From positions 209,376,001-209,440,000 of the forward strand of contig NC_086097.1 in assembly GCF_963921235.1 (NCBI RefSeq): a stretch of DNA of 64,000 bases. The letters are read 5' to 3'. Shown here piece after piece: positions 25,657-38,100 of the stretch; position 1 is the first letter of the stretch; every line of letters starts with the position of its first letter. Below the pieces are notes generated by a model that saw nothing but the letters and a program-made list of their open reading frames with translations, was not told the DNA's origin and ran no database searches. A program made the position numbers and the translations under genes. This DNA comes from Mobula hypostoma (lineage: Eukaryota).

Positions 25657-27164
25657 AACTGAAGGAAGAGTGAGTAAGGGATTTGAAAGTTGGAGGGGGA
25701 GGGTGAGATCCAAAATGATAGGAGAAGACAGGAGGGGGAGGGATAGAGCCGAGAGCTGGACAGGTGATAGGCAAAAGGGGATACGAGAGGATCATGGGAC
25801 AGGAGGTCCGGGAAGAAAGACAAGGGGGGGGGGACCCAGAGGATGGGCAAGGGGTATATTCAGAGGGACAGAGGGAGAAAAAGGAGAGTGAGAGAAAGAA
25901 TGTGTGCATAAAAATGAGTAACAGATGGGGTACGAGGGGGAGTTGGGGCCTTAGCGGAAGTTAGAGAAGTCGATGTTCATGCCATCAGGTTGGAGGATAC
26001 CCAGACGGAATATAAGGTGTTGTTCCTCCAACCTGAGTGTGGCTTCATCTTTACAGTAGAGGAGGCTGTGGATAGACATGTCAGAATGGGAATGGGATGT
26101 GGAATTAAAATGTGTGGCCACTGGGAGATCCTGCTTTCTCTGGCGGACAGAGCGTAGATGTTCAGCAAAGCGGTCTCCCAGTCTGCGTCGGGTCTCGCCA
26201 ATATATAAAAGGCCACATCGGGAGCACCGGACGCAGTATATCACCCCAGTCGACTCACAGGTGAAGTGATGCCTCACCTGGAAGGACTGTTTGGGGCCCT
26301 GAATGGTGGTAAGGGAGGAAGTGTAAGGGCATGTGTAGCACTTGTTCCGCTTACACGGATAAGTGCCAGGAGGGAGATCAGTGGGGAGGGATGGGGGGGA
26401 CGAATAGACAAGGAAGTTGCGTAGGGAGCGATCCCTGCGGAATGCAGAGGGGGGGGGAGGGAAAGATGTGCTTAGTGGTGGGATCCCGTTGGAGGTGGCG
26501 GAAGTTACGGAGAATAATATGTTGGACCCGGAGTGCTACACATGCCCTTACGCTTCCTCCCTCTTCCTCCCTTCCTCCCTTATATTGCGTCCGGTGCTCC
26601 CGATGTGGCCTTTTATATATTGGCGAGACCCGACGCAGACTGGGAGACCACTTTGTTGAACATCTACGCTCTGTCCACCAGAGAAAGCAGGATCTCCCAG
26701 TGGCCACACATTTTAATTCCACATCCCATTCCCATTCTGACATGTCTATCCACGGTCTCCTCTACTGTAAAGATGAAGCCACACTCAGGTTGGAGGAACA
26801 ACACCTTATATTCCGTCTGGGTAGCCTCCAACCTGATGGCATGAACATCGACTTCTCTAACTACCGCTAAGGCCCCACCTCCCCCTCGTGCCCCATCTGT
26901 TACTTATTTTTATACACACATTCTTTCTCTCACTCTCCTTTTTCTCCCTCTGTCCCTCTGAATATACCTCTTGCCCATCCTCTGGGTCACCCGCCCCCCG
27001 TCTTTCTTCCTGGACCTCCTGTCCCATGATCCTCTCGTATCCCCTTTTGCCTATCACCTGTCCAGTTCTCGGCTCTATCCCTCCCCCTCCTGTCTTCTCC
27101 TATCATTTTGGATCTCCCCCTCCCCCTCCAACTTTCAAATCCCTTACTCACTCTTCCTTCAGTT

Positions 27165-27200
27165 AGTCCTGACGAAGGGTCTCGGCCTGAAACGTCGACT
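27165..27200 (+). ncRNA. Minimal type I hammerhead ribozyme motif (sense to the host pre-mRNA)
   Basis: AGTC-CTGACGA-AGG GTCTCGG CCT-GAAA-CGTC-GACT, identical to the 25621-25656 copy. Predicted cleavage after C27196. Confidence 0.8.
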
Positions 27201-30200
27201 GTACCTCTTCTTACAGATGCTGCTTGGCCTGTTGCATTCACCAGCCAACTTTGATGTATGTTGCTTGAATTTCCAGCATCTGCAGAATTCCTGTTGTTTG
27301 CGTAATAATTATCAGCTTTACATTGATTATTTGTGAGCAGTGACAAAAGCTTTTTAAAGTGCTTTCATTAATTTACCAGGCAGAGCTACTTTCTTTGTCA
27401 GCAGAGTACACCTTCACCTCCTGCACACTGTGTGTAGGCATTCAAGAGCAGAAATAATCTGAAGAAACAATGAGAGGGTCACCAATGTCTATAATATGAG
27501 ACACAGGAGGAAAAGCGGAAGTAATATAAAGTAATGAAAAAATTGTAAAAGCAAAAAGGCACCCATTTCGAAAGCCCTTGCAACTCTCTTGAGTATTCAT
27601 ATTTTAAAATATAATTGCCTCAATGTCTTATGTTCATAAAACTCAACATCACTAGTGCCTATGGTGGACTGAAAGTTGTACTGTCAAATACTGAATTATA
27701 GGATACTTCTAAATTCCCTGCCTTGTGTTCTGTGAGAGCATACCACTGACCTTTTCACCATTCTTCATCAAAACATTGATGCCCAGAAATAGAATGCATT
27801 GTACCCATTTTCCAATGCACAAATAACATAAAATGGCATCAAGTGCTCATTGACTTAAAAACAGCTGACTTTTTTGCATACATAATGACATCACCAATGT
27901 ATCTCATGCCCACCTTTGTCTTTGTGTCAGAACCTTCAAATGTAATGTGCAGCTTATAAACTTTGTTTTAACCCCCAGTAAAAATGAAAGCATACACTGC
28001 AGTTAGACATCTGGGAATTATCAATCATAGGGTACCAACCTAGATGTCGATCTGTAGATGTCTCCTGTTGCCTGCCTGAGTTTTTCATGCTATACTTACT
28101 TACTGCATTGTTGTTGAAACTCACCCTGCTTTTCACAGGCTTTAAAATTGTTTGATGTTGATATGCTGCATTGCAAGATGACCCTGGGCCTTGTAAAGGC
28201 ATGAGGCCACTCAATGCAGGAGGTGCAATCAACGACGATGATTCTGATTGGAATGAATGGGCTGGTGGCCATATACATTAAAGGTATCTCTCCCCCTGTA
28301 TTTGCCTTCAACTTGTATGTTACTGTACCATAGTTGCCATGGAGAGAATTCTTTACTGCCCGAAGCTGCCTCCCAGACTTCCAAGAAGCAAAGACACAGC
28401 CGCAGCAGTCTGTGCAGGCGGGTACCATCGGAAAGCATGTCGATTTGATCTCAGGAAAGCTGCTGGGTGAAAATCACAGTAAGGATTTCTTCAAGGCAAA
28501 CTCTTTGTGATATTTTTGCAGCACCCTGATTAGGCTTAACTCTTCTTTAGCACCACTTTAGCCCCCAAATTAAGGGTAAAATTCACATTACAGACAGTCA
28601 GCTCTGCTGTTTCCAGGAGCAGCATCTAACCACTGGTCCTGTTATGGTTGCTGATCATACACCATCACTGACAGATAACAACAATGGAAAAATGTCCATG
28701 TGATGAGGGTCATGATAAGAAAACAATAAAACGTCCTTGCCATCAGTTGCAGCTTGCTTTTCTCCATTACATATATCTCGGATTTTGATCATAGCAATGG
28801 ATTATTTTGGTCATTTTTTTAGAGGCGCTAACAGAACAGATGAAATTTTGTAACTGGGTTCTCCTGCGATAGGATAAATATAGAATAGGTAAGGAGTGAA
28901 TGAAATTAAGATATATGCATTAAGATATAAAGCAGAATGGAGCCACAGAGGTAGCTGTGTTTGTTTGTGGTAGAAGAGAGGTGGGCTTTAGAATTGATCA
29001 GGACAATAATTCTTTTTATCTATTCAATTATTCGGATTAAAATATCATCGGTATGTCCCAAATTGGGACGTACACTCAAGTGGTTGTGAGTTGCCTCCTT
29101 AAACTGCTTCTGTGCTTCAGGTCAGTGTGTTAGCTCAGTGCCATCAGAAGGAACCTAGACAGGCAATTTTCCACACTTTTGGGTAGATGGTATTGCTTGA
29201 AGTACACTTGTTACGATCATTTACCCAACATTGTGGAAAATTGGGCCTGTGTAATGTATACAGAGTATTTTCTGGTCTCACAGCCTTTGTAGTATCCAAT
29301 TATCCTTTCTTGATGTCAAGAGAAGTGAACCAAACTGTCTGAAGACTGACGTCTATGATGTAGGGATTTCTGGAGGAAGTCAGGACACAGCATCCATGTG
29401 ACATTTGTGGGTGAATATGGCTGCAAATGCTTCATCGTTGCATTTAGTCCTGCATATAGGTAGAGGCTAAAGAGCAAGGCTCCGGAGGTTAGGACATCGA
29501 AGAGGTGGTCGCGGAAGGCAAAGGAGTGGCTATGGGATTGCTTTGAGTCAGTGGACTGGGCAGTGCTCAAGGACTCACCTATGGATCTGAATGAATACAC
29601 CATGGCTGTAACACACTTTGTTAAATCAGCTGTGGATGAGTGTATCCCCACAAAATCATTCAGAGTCTTTCCCAATCAGAAGCTCTGGATGAACCATGAG
29701 TCTTGCAATCTGCTAAGAGTCAGATCACAGGCATTCAAGTCTAGTGACCAAGAAAGTTACAAGATGTCCAGGTACGATCTCCAAAAAGCGATCTCATGGG
29801 TGAAGTCATCAGTTGTGCCAGGACTTGAACACTATCACCTCTTATAAAGTTAAATCAAGCAACACAGACAACAGAAGGGATTCACTTTCTGATCAGCTGA
29901 ATGCCTTCTAAGCTCATTTTGACCAAAACATGGAGGAACCATCATAAGCTCTCATATCCCCGAATGATCCTGTGATTTCAGTCTCTGAGGCCAACGTGTG
30001 AGCAGCCTTCAGGAGAATGAACCCTCGAAAAGCATCTGGCCCAGACAGGGTACCTGGCCAGGTACTGAAGACCTGTGCTGATCAAGTGGCTGGAGTGTTC
30101 ACTGAGATCTTTAAACTCTCGCTTCGGCAGTGTCTGGTATCCACTGCTTCAAGTGGGTTTCAATGTCTGTATACCGGTGACCAAGAAAAGCATGGTGACC

Positions 30201-30934
30201 TGCCTCAATGCCTGTCGTCCAGTAGCACTTACATCCACAGTGATGCAGTGTTTTGAGAAGTTGTTGATGAAAAATATCAACTCCTACCTGAGAAACGACT
30301 TAGCTCACCTTCAGTTTGTCTAAGGTCCACAATTTGTGCCATGTCATTGGCTCTTCACTCAACCCTGGAACATCTGGACAGCAAAGGTGCATACATCAGG
30401 AGATGCCCTTTATCAGCTCAGCATTCAATACACTAGTCCCTTCGAAATTAATCAATAAGCTCCCAGGTCTTGACCTCAATACCTCCTGGTGCAATTGGAT
30501 CCTCAGTTTCATCACTTATAGGCACCAGTAAGTTCAGATTGGCAACAACATCTTCTCCACAATCTCCACCAGCACAGATGCACCATAAGTCTGTGTGCTT
30601 ACCCCTGTTCTATTCCCTTTACATTTACGACAGTGTGGCTAAGCAGACCTCCAAAGCCATATTCAAGCATGAGCCTTGAGGCAAAGAAAGTACAATATGG
30701 GGTGCAAGCCGATGTTCGACTCCATTTGGCCAATTAAAGGTTCCATTATTCATTGATTAAAGCGACGAGAACGGTTGAAACATTGAGGCGAATGCAGAAG
30801 GCGAATGAGGGTTCAGTGCCGACTGCCTGCCTTTTGATTGACAATGGGATCCCTCTGCTGCAGTGTCACCTGTCGATGTGCCGGGAGCGTAGGCCTCTGC
30901 GTTTGAGCAGTGTCTCTCTCTTTTGATGATATCA

Positions 30935-31870
30935 AGGATATCAGAATCAGGTTTATTATCACTGGCATGTGTCATGAAATTTGTTAACTTAGCAACAGTT
31001 CAATACAATACATAATATAGAAGAAGAAAAAATAATCATAATAAATAATTAAATAAATTGCAGTATATGTATATTGGATGGATTAAAAATCGTACAAAAA
31101 ACAAAAATAATATATATTAAAAGAGTGAGGTAGTGTCCAAGGGTTCAATGTCCATTTAGGAATCAGATGGCAGAGGGGAAGAAGCTGTTTCTGAATTGCT
31201 GAGTGAGTGCCTTCAGGCTTCTGTACCTCCTACCTGATGGTAACAGTGAGAAAAGGGCATGCCCTGGGTGCTGGAGGTCCTTAATAATGGACACTGCCTT
31301 TCTGAGACACTGCTCCTTGAAGATGTCCTGGGTACTTTGTAGGCTAGTGCCCAAGATGGAGCTGACTAAATTTACAAGCTTCTGCAGCTTCTTTCGATCC
31401 TGTGTAGTAACTCCCCCCCGCCATACCAGACAGTGATGCAGCCTGTCAGAATGCTCTCCATGGTACATCTATAGAGGTTTCTGAGTGTATTTGTTGACAT
31501 ACCAAATGTCTTCAAACTCCGAATGAAGTACAATCACTGTCTTGCCTTCTTTATAACTGCATCAATATGTTGGGACCAGGTTAGATCCTCAGAGATTTTG
31601 ACGTCCAGGAACTTGAAACTGCTCACTCTCTCCACTTCTGATCCCTCTATGAGGATTTATATGTGTTCCTTCATCTTACTCTTCCTGAAGTCCACAATCA
31701 GCTCTTTTGTCTTACTGATATTGAGAGCAAATATGTTGTTGCTGCGACACCACTCCACTAGTTGGCATATCTCGCTCCTGTACACCCTCTCGTCACCACC
31801 TGAGGTTCTACCAACAATGGCTGTATCATCAGCAAATTTATAGATGGTCCTTGAGCTATGCCCAGCTACA
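30935..31870 (-). mobile_element. Rex1-type LINE 3' part nested in the family B element
   Basis: IYKFADDTAIVG...LVEWCRSNN..LNISKTKELIVDFRK and IIKDLQHPGHALFSLLPSGRRYRSL. GATAATAAACCTGATTCTGA tail. Confidence 0.9.
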
Positions 31871-31977
31871 CATGAATGCGACCATGGCTCTGCCTTTATG
31901 GATTTGGACTGTGGAACATGGACTGCTTCAGTCTTATGGTTTTTATATTCCGCATTGTGCTCGTTCTTTCTCATATT

Positions 31978-32200
31978 TTTGTGCAGGGGAAGGGGGTTGG
32001 GGGGGTCAATGTTTTTCTTGCATTTCTGTTAGTTATTATTGTGCGGAGGAGGGCGATTGAGGGGTCAATGTTCTTGTTGCATTTTTGTTAGTTCTTTGTG
32101 TGGGGGAGGGAGATTTGGGGCCCAATGTTCTTGTGCTTTGTGCAGAGGGGGTTGGAGGGTTGAAAATCATATTGACATTCTTTTTTCTGGTGTGGGGGTG
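31978..32200. repeat. Tandem repeat of about 58 bp, 3-4 diverged units
   Basis: The unit TGTGC(A/G)GGGGAAGGGG..GGGGTCAATGTT..TTGCATTT.TGTTAGTT is repeated. A single unit is present in the 48516-49060 copy. Confidence 0.7.
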
Positions 32201-32919
32201 TGGGTTTGCTGTTTCTCTTTGAACTGACTTTCATGGTTTTCCTTGTTTCATGGTTATCTGGAGAAGAAGAATCTCAGAGTTGTATACTGAATAAATACTT
32301 TGAAAATAAATGAACCTTTGAAGTTTGCTGACAACACCACTGTCATAGGCCAAATCAAAGGTGCTGATCACTCAGCATATGGGGGGAGACAGACAAACTG
32401 GCTGAGTGGTGCCATAACAACAACCTCTTACTCAATTTCAGCAGGACCAAGGAGCTCATTATTGATTTTAGGAGAAGGAATTCAGAGGTCCATGAGCTAG
32501 TCCTCATTGGAGGATCAGAGGGTTAGCGACTTTAAATTCCTCAGTGTTATTATTTCACAGGACCTGTCCTAGGCCCAGCACCTACGTGCATTTATGAAGA
32601 AAGCACAGCAGTGTCTCTACTTCCTTAGGAGTTTGTGGAGATATAGCATGGCATCTAAAACTCTGACAAACTTCTATAGATGTGTAGTGGAGAGTATATT
32701 GACTGGCAACATCACAGCCTGGCAAGGAAACAACAATATCCTTGAACAGAAAATCCTACAAAAATAATGGATACCACCCAGTCCATCACGGTAAAGACAC
32801 CCCTAAAGTTGAGCGTCTCTCTGTCTCTTGGTCTCTCTCCACACAGTGCTGAGCAGCAACTAAACCTTTTAAAGGATGACCTCTCATTTTGATCTACATC
32901 ACATTCCAGCAGCACAGTT

Positions 32920-33230
32920 CCTAAAGCTGCTGCCACACAGCTCTAGTAACTTGGGCTCAGTCTGGAATTCTATTCTTGTCAAAATGGAGTTTCCATGTTC
33001 TTTCTGTGACTGGTTTTCCGGATGTGGCGCCTTTCCTCCCTTGCAGTTTGGTTAATTAATTGACCGCTGTTTATTACCCCAAGTATGCAGGTAAGTGGTG
33101 GAATCTAGGCAGGTTGATGGGCAATGTAGGGTGAAGGTGTTACAAGGAAAATTGATGAGGGATTGAAACTACTCTGTAATCCGGCAGACTCAATAGTCCA
33201 AATGGCTTTCTGTGTCATTAGGTCTATACA
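32920..33230 (+). mobile_element. Degenerate tRNA-derived SINE (HE1/V-SINE-like)
   Basis: GCTGCTGCCACACAGCTC..GGGCTCA..TGGAGTTTCCATGTTCTTTCTGTGACT.GTTTTCCGG..TTTCCTCCC. Recognised from memory of the family consensus. Confidence 0.5.
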
Positions 33231-34662
33231 GTATGGGAATATGAGGTGATGATATTTTATATGATACTTCTGCCAATGGCTACAGCAAAGAACATACAAA
33301 TAAGCTGATACAACAGTCATTCGCTTGGCCTTTCCTGGCCATCTGAAGGTGTACAGTAAGTCTCTTATATGGAGGTAATGAAAACTGAACAGCTCAGTTT
33401 GTAGAAATTTTCAAACTGCTCACTTTGGTAATGTTGCGTACATTTCAGCTTTGCTCTCAGTTTGGTTTTCCAGGAGAAAAGTCCTCTCCAAATATATTGC
33501 ATTGAATTTAAATTTCCATCCTGGGAGCAAGGTTGAAAAATGTCTCTCATCCGTCATCCATAAGTTAAATCTTGTATTTTTAATAAATTATAAATGGAGA
33601 GATTGAAAAAAATGGTTTAATGGATTTTTTTTGGTTTTATATGTTTTTCATAAATGGCTTGAAAGACTAATATGATAAAATATCATGCATATATCAGACT
33701 ATCCAAGTAGAAGTTTATGGCCTTTGGAAATGATTTTGCAATTTACTTGGTTCTGTACATGTTCTTTCATTGCACAGACATTCCTTATAAAAATGTTATA
33801 ACTATTTTATGGCATATATTTGAAACCTTCACTTGGAATTCTCAGTTATTTCCTTACAGAAAGGAAATTTTAACTTTGAATTTCTATTCTAGCAGGTGGA
33901 TGCCAAATATTATTCATATTTATTCTGTAATCCTTTCTTTTGCTACATGCAAACTACTTAATATTTTCTCGTTAAGTATTAAGCCAAACACTTATCGTAG
34001 ATGTGCTTTTTATTAATAGCTTGATAAGGCTAATCAACTATCACAAGCAAAGCTTGCAATGGACAAGCAAAATGGTATTGTTCTTGTATATATCATCCTC
34101 TACATTGGAAAGGATGATTGTGCATTATAGGGTGAATTTTAAAAATTCATCCTGCAAAAGGACCTTTGCCTATGCACATTTCTAAATTTGATTGTTAATC
34201 CAGGCAGCCTGCTGGGCTACCTCAAAGTAGAGTCTTTCCACTTATCTCCAGGCAAATGATGTGCCAATGTCCAATACTTTTCTGAGTCAACAACAAGATT
34301 TACAGGAAGATGTTTTCTGCTTGGCATTGCTGCCTGCTACACCAGCAACAGTGCCCTTAAGTCAGCTACAGGGTCATCATCCAGGGACCACCATTCATTG
34401 ATGTACAAAAACAAGAATTCCAGGTCTAAAAAGTTTTTGCCTTTGGTTAGAAGCATGTTAAATGTTATGCAAAGGTATATTTGGAAATCACCAAGAAGAA
34501 AAAACTAAGATTTGGTCCAACCAGGTTACAGTGCGTTTTCAAGTGGTTTTCACTAATCTCCTCCCAGAACAACCACAAGGAATTACAAACTTCCTAAAAT
34601 CTTCAAAAACTGGTTATTATTCTATCTTGCACACTTATGTCAAGCCCTTTTGATTTTTATAG

Positions 34663-34817
34663 TGAATAGCTACCTTGTTGATGTTCATATTGGTGATCGT
34701 TGGGGAGCAGAAACTTTTGCTAATGTCTTTATAACTCTGCATGGAGAACGAGGAGACACTGGAATAAGAAAGCTGGAAAAGTCTTTAGTAATTGGAGAAA
34801 AGTTTCAACAGAATAAG
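34663..34817 (+). CDS. PLAT/LH2-repeat protein, visible exon 3
   Basis: Acceptor tttttatAG, donor GTacca, phase 1-0. Reads (V)NSYLVDVHIGDRWGAETFANVFITLHGERGDTGIRKLEKSLVIGEKFQQNK (canonical PLAT first half). Absent from the ORF track. Confidence 0.95.
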
Positions 34818-34947
34818 GTACCATAAAGTTATTGAACGTGTATATTTGAATTTAGAAAATTAATTTCAGTTGATGAAAATGTATCAATCTGTGAATCATG
34901 AAACCTAAAGTCATTAAATGTACATGTATTTTCATTGTAACTTACAG

Positions 34948-35161
34948 ACGGACTCATTTTTGGTGAAAGCAGTATCTTTAGGCCAACTGACAAAGGTGAT
35001 CATTAGTCATGATGGAGAAGGTTATGGTGCTGGCACATATTTGAAGATGATAACTGTACGTGAATCAAAGGATTCAACCAGAGAATGGGTGTTCCCATGC
35101 TGGAGATGGTTGGATGACCACATTGGAACAAAGCAAACTAGTCGTGAACTTACTTTGTTAG
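34948..35161 (+). CDS. PLAT/LH2-repeat protein, visible exon 4
   Basis: Acceptor cttacAG, donor GTatgc, phase 0-1. Reads TDSFLVKAVSLGQLTKVIISHDGEGYGAGTYLKMITVRE...WVFPCWRWLDDHIG...RELTLL. Confidence 0.95.
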
Positions 35162-38100
35162 GTATGCTTTATATCTATAGTTCAAGTTAGGAATTTAACA
35201 ATCTCAGTGATATATCTAAAACGTCTTAATTCTCCATATAACATTCCTACAAATTACTTCACTTAACACTAAACTCATCTTGGCCCTTTCTTACTACATT
35301 ATTTCTGTAGTGCAAAATTATAATTGCAGGTAAAAGCAAGCCAGTTGTCTTATAAAATATCTTTAAATTAAAAGGGACAAATATTTCCTTTCCTATTAAT
35401 TTGTTAAAATAATGAATAATGTGAATTTCTTATGAACAAATAGAAAACTAATTACTGAAGTTTGAATATTTTAATAATAATAAGACATTTAAAAAATAGT
35501 ATTAATAAAATATTAAAACAGAACGTTCTGCACATTTATCCCAAATGCACAACATGTGCAAAGAAGATAAAAAGCCAGGATATTGTTGTTACACCTTATT
35601 AGCCTTAACTCTGTTTTCAAAGATGCAGAAGGCTTTTTCTACTGACTAATACAATCCTATTTTGGGGCACCAGTTCTGCTCATTCTACCATTTCACAGAT
35701 ACATTGTTTCTACCTCAGGAATTCACATTGACAATTATATTGTAACATTGACATCATAAACCAATGCCGTTAAGACATTACAATGAAGCAACTACCACAA
35801 GTTGTGGAATTATTTTAAAACAATTGAAATTTTTTTTTCAATATTTAAATATAAAAGTCATTAAAAGATCAATTAATTTATTCACCTGTGCATGCATAGA
35901 CATGCATATGACAATAAACTCAATTGACTTCAACTTCCGGCATTTCATCAAAATAAACTTACTTCAAGTTACGCAGCATCTGAGCTCCAGTCAAGAAAAC
36001 GGAAGGTTGCTGTTATCTCTGATTCACTCATGGTCTGTCTCATCACAATTCTCACCCTTCCTGGCAGCATTCCTGAGACACTGACACAGCATAGAACCAG
36101 GGTAGCCTCAAAGCATCCAATATCTGATAAATCAGATTCAAATGAGCCTCAGGCTTACAAATCAAAGCAAATGCTTGTCTCTAGGATTGATTACTAACCA
36201 GTGAATTCCACTAGTCAGTCATGCAGTAATTAAAATCCGTTTTCCCTCTTTCTGCCTTGGGGATTTGCTTTCTATTTTTTTAACACTCTTCTTGCATAAG
36301 AATGTGAGAAGGCCTAGTTCTTCTTAATACAGTATTGCCATATCTTCATACTTTATGGAAGTCAGTGAAAAGATATGTGAAAATAGCAATTCATTTCTTG
36401 CTATTATTCTGCAGCAATTTACTGGCTTCGATGTAGTTATGATAAATGGTTTGTAGGTGTAGCCATTATTTACTACAATGATGCTAGTCCTACCCATGGG
36501 TCTCTGTTATCAGTTAGTTTATTCTATGCATACTCCCAATTGGTACAAAGTCTGCAAAAAGTTGGCAGCAGTGATTTTGGCAAATCAATGTCAACATCAT
36601 TAGACAAAGGACAAGGGCATCCTATTGGAAGTATCATTCGACCTTACTTGTATTAATATTAACATTAGGGTGGTTCGTAGATACAGCCCAACAAAACACA
36701 GTGTGAAATGTTAGATTAGAAATTGTATTTTGAGGATTGTCTGACTGTAGCAGTGGCAGATCAGTTCGAGCTCCTGCCTCCCTAACTTCAACTGCTCTCT
36801 GTGCATAGTCTGCTCATTCCATCTATGATTGCTTGGGGTAACACTAAATTCTTTGTTTCCTGACACGTCCTAAAGATGAGCTCATACATTAATCAGCCAC
36901 TGCATGTAAGTAATTAGCAACATGCAGCAAAGAGAAGTTGCTGGCCATGAATGGGAGAGATTATGTTGTATGAGCACAGGAAAATGAGGAGAAGAGGCAT
37001 TGGTCTTACAGAATTACTACCCTATGACTTGGCAAGGACCTGATAATCTGCATGGACTCCATCTCTTAAAATAAAAGAAAAAGAAATGGAGAGATCGAGG
37101 ATGAAATGTTAGTTGTAGAAACTCATCTGCACTGTTTTTTCCAATGATGAAATGGTGTTAGCAATCTAACTAATTCTGTTCTAAAATGTTTTGGAAAATA
37201 TCATGAAATTGTTAACAACAGTTCCAAAAAAGCATGACTGGTAATGCTACCATGTTTCAGGAACAGTGGAATTTAGGCTTTGAATTCTATGCATTAATAG
37301 CACCCTCCCTTATGGTTTTGATTCTGTGAAGTAGTTCTTAAACTGTCATGCTGCAGTACAGTAGCACTTTCCAATTGTTGGGAATGAATGAGGACTGGCA
37401 GAGTCCTTCCACAGGCTTAAAATAGCTGCAGAGTGGTATGATGAAATGCATCAGTACAATTAAAATAAAGAGCGCCCAAGTAGCTGAAGTTTTGGGATAA
37501 AATAGAGCTAGAGGAGACAGGGCTATGGTGTCACACATGTATTTAAAATGAAACATTTAAGATTTCAGTCATGGGAAAAAGGGAGTCAATTTAGGTCAAG
37601 AAAGACAGGGATAATGTTCTATGGTAGATAAGAGACCTTCTGTTCTACTATTTTGACAATGGTATAACTGAGTTCTTCAACAGCAGACCATATATCTATG
37701 ATTTTCGAATGGTACTCACAATGTTTTGGCTAAGGAAAATAGCAGAAACAAAGGACTCCTCAATTGTTCTCAAACATTTCTCTTTATTTAAACTCCTAAA
37801 AACAGCACAACTCTGATTAAATTGATTCATTGCCCTCTATCAGACAGTAGCAATAACATATCGCTTACCTGGACATTTTTGATCTCCATCGATTCACAGG
37901 CATGTCTCCTGTTCTTGCCATTCCTCTCACCCCACTACAATTTAAAGCATGCTTGCTTCCTAATTTTTCCAGTCAGCCAGATTCTTCCTAACTGGCCAGA
38001 TTCATTAGTTATGTTTCTTTCCCTATGAATACTGTCTGACCTGCAGAGTATCCCCAGCATTTCCTGTCTCTATTTTAGATTTCTAGTCTTTGCAAATGTT

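Larger units (their letters stand above)
25558..27302. mobile_element. Young Neptune-type Penelope insertion made of two inverted 3' fragments
   Basis: Perfect 13-bp target duplication TAATAATTATCAG (25545-25557, 27303-27315). Left arm is minus (25558-26533) and right arm is plus (26534-27302). GIY-YIG domain CESTGVIYCVRCSRCGLLYIGETRRRLGDRFAEH, with an upstream CYTCP Cys motif. Confidence 0.95.
30670..32322 (+). mobile_element. Non-autonomous retroposon family B (segments about 30670-30934 and 31871-32322)
   Basis: Both segments match the reverse complement of 48516-49060. The 3' end AATCTCAGAGTTGTATA...AATAAATGAACCTTTGAA resembles the Rex1 tails at 43215-43290 and 51920-51990. Confidence 0.75.
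29340..32800 (+). mobile_element. Rex1/Babar-type LINE, decayed (segments about 29340-30669 and 32320-32800)
   Basis: [65 protein letters not shown] and SSAFNT. The IFK|FADNTT motif is split by the nested insertions. Confidence 0.85.

Noticed and set aside
26331..26870. 179-aa ORF as a novel GIY-YIG nuclease gene
   Set aside because: It is a chimera of antisense Penelope sequence and the sense endonuclease, created by the inversion junction.
28160..28280. Kunitz-like peptide LQDDPGPCKGM on the + strand
   Set aside because: The remaining Kunitz cysteines and the FxYGGC motif are missing, a stop follows, and there are no fitting splice sites. The surrounding 27.4-28.9 kb is unexplained, but all frames I read contain stops.
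32920..33000. tRNA gene
   Set aside because: It is only a decayed SINE head and no cloverleaf can be built.
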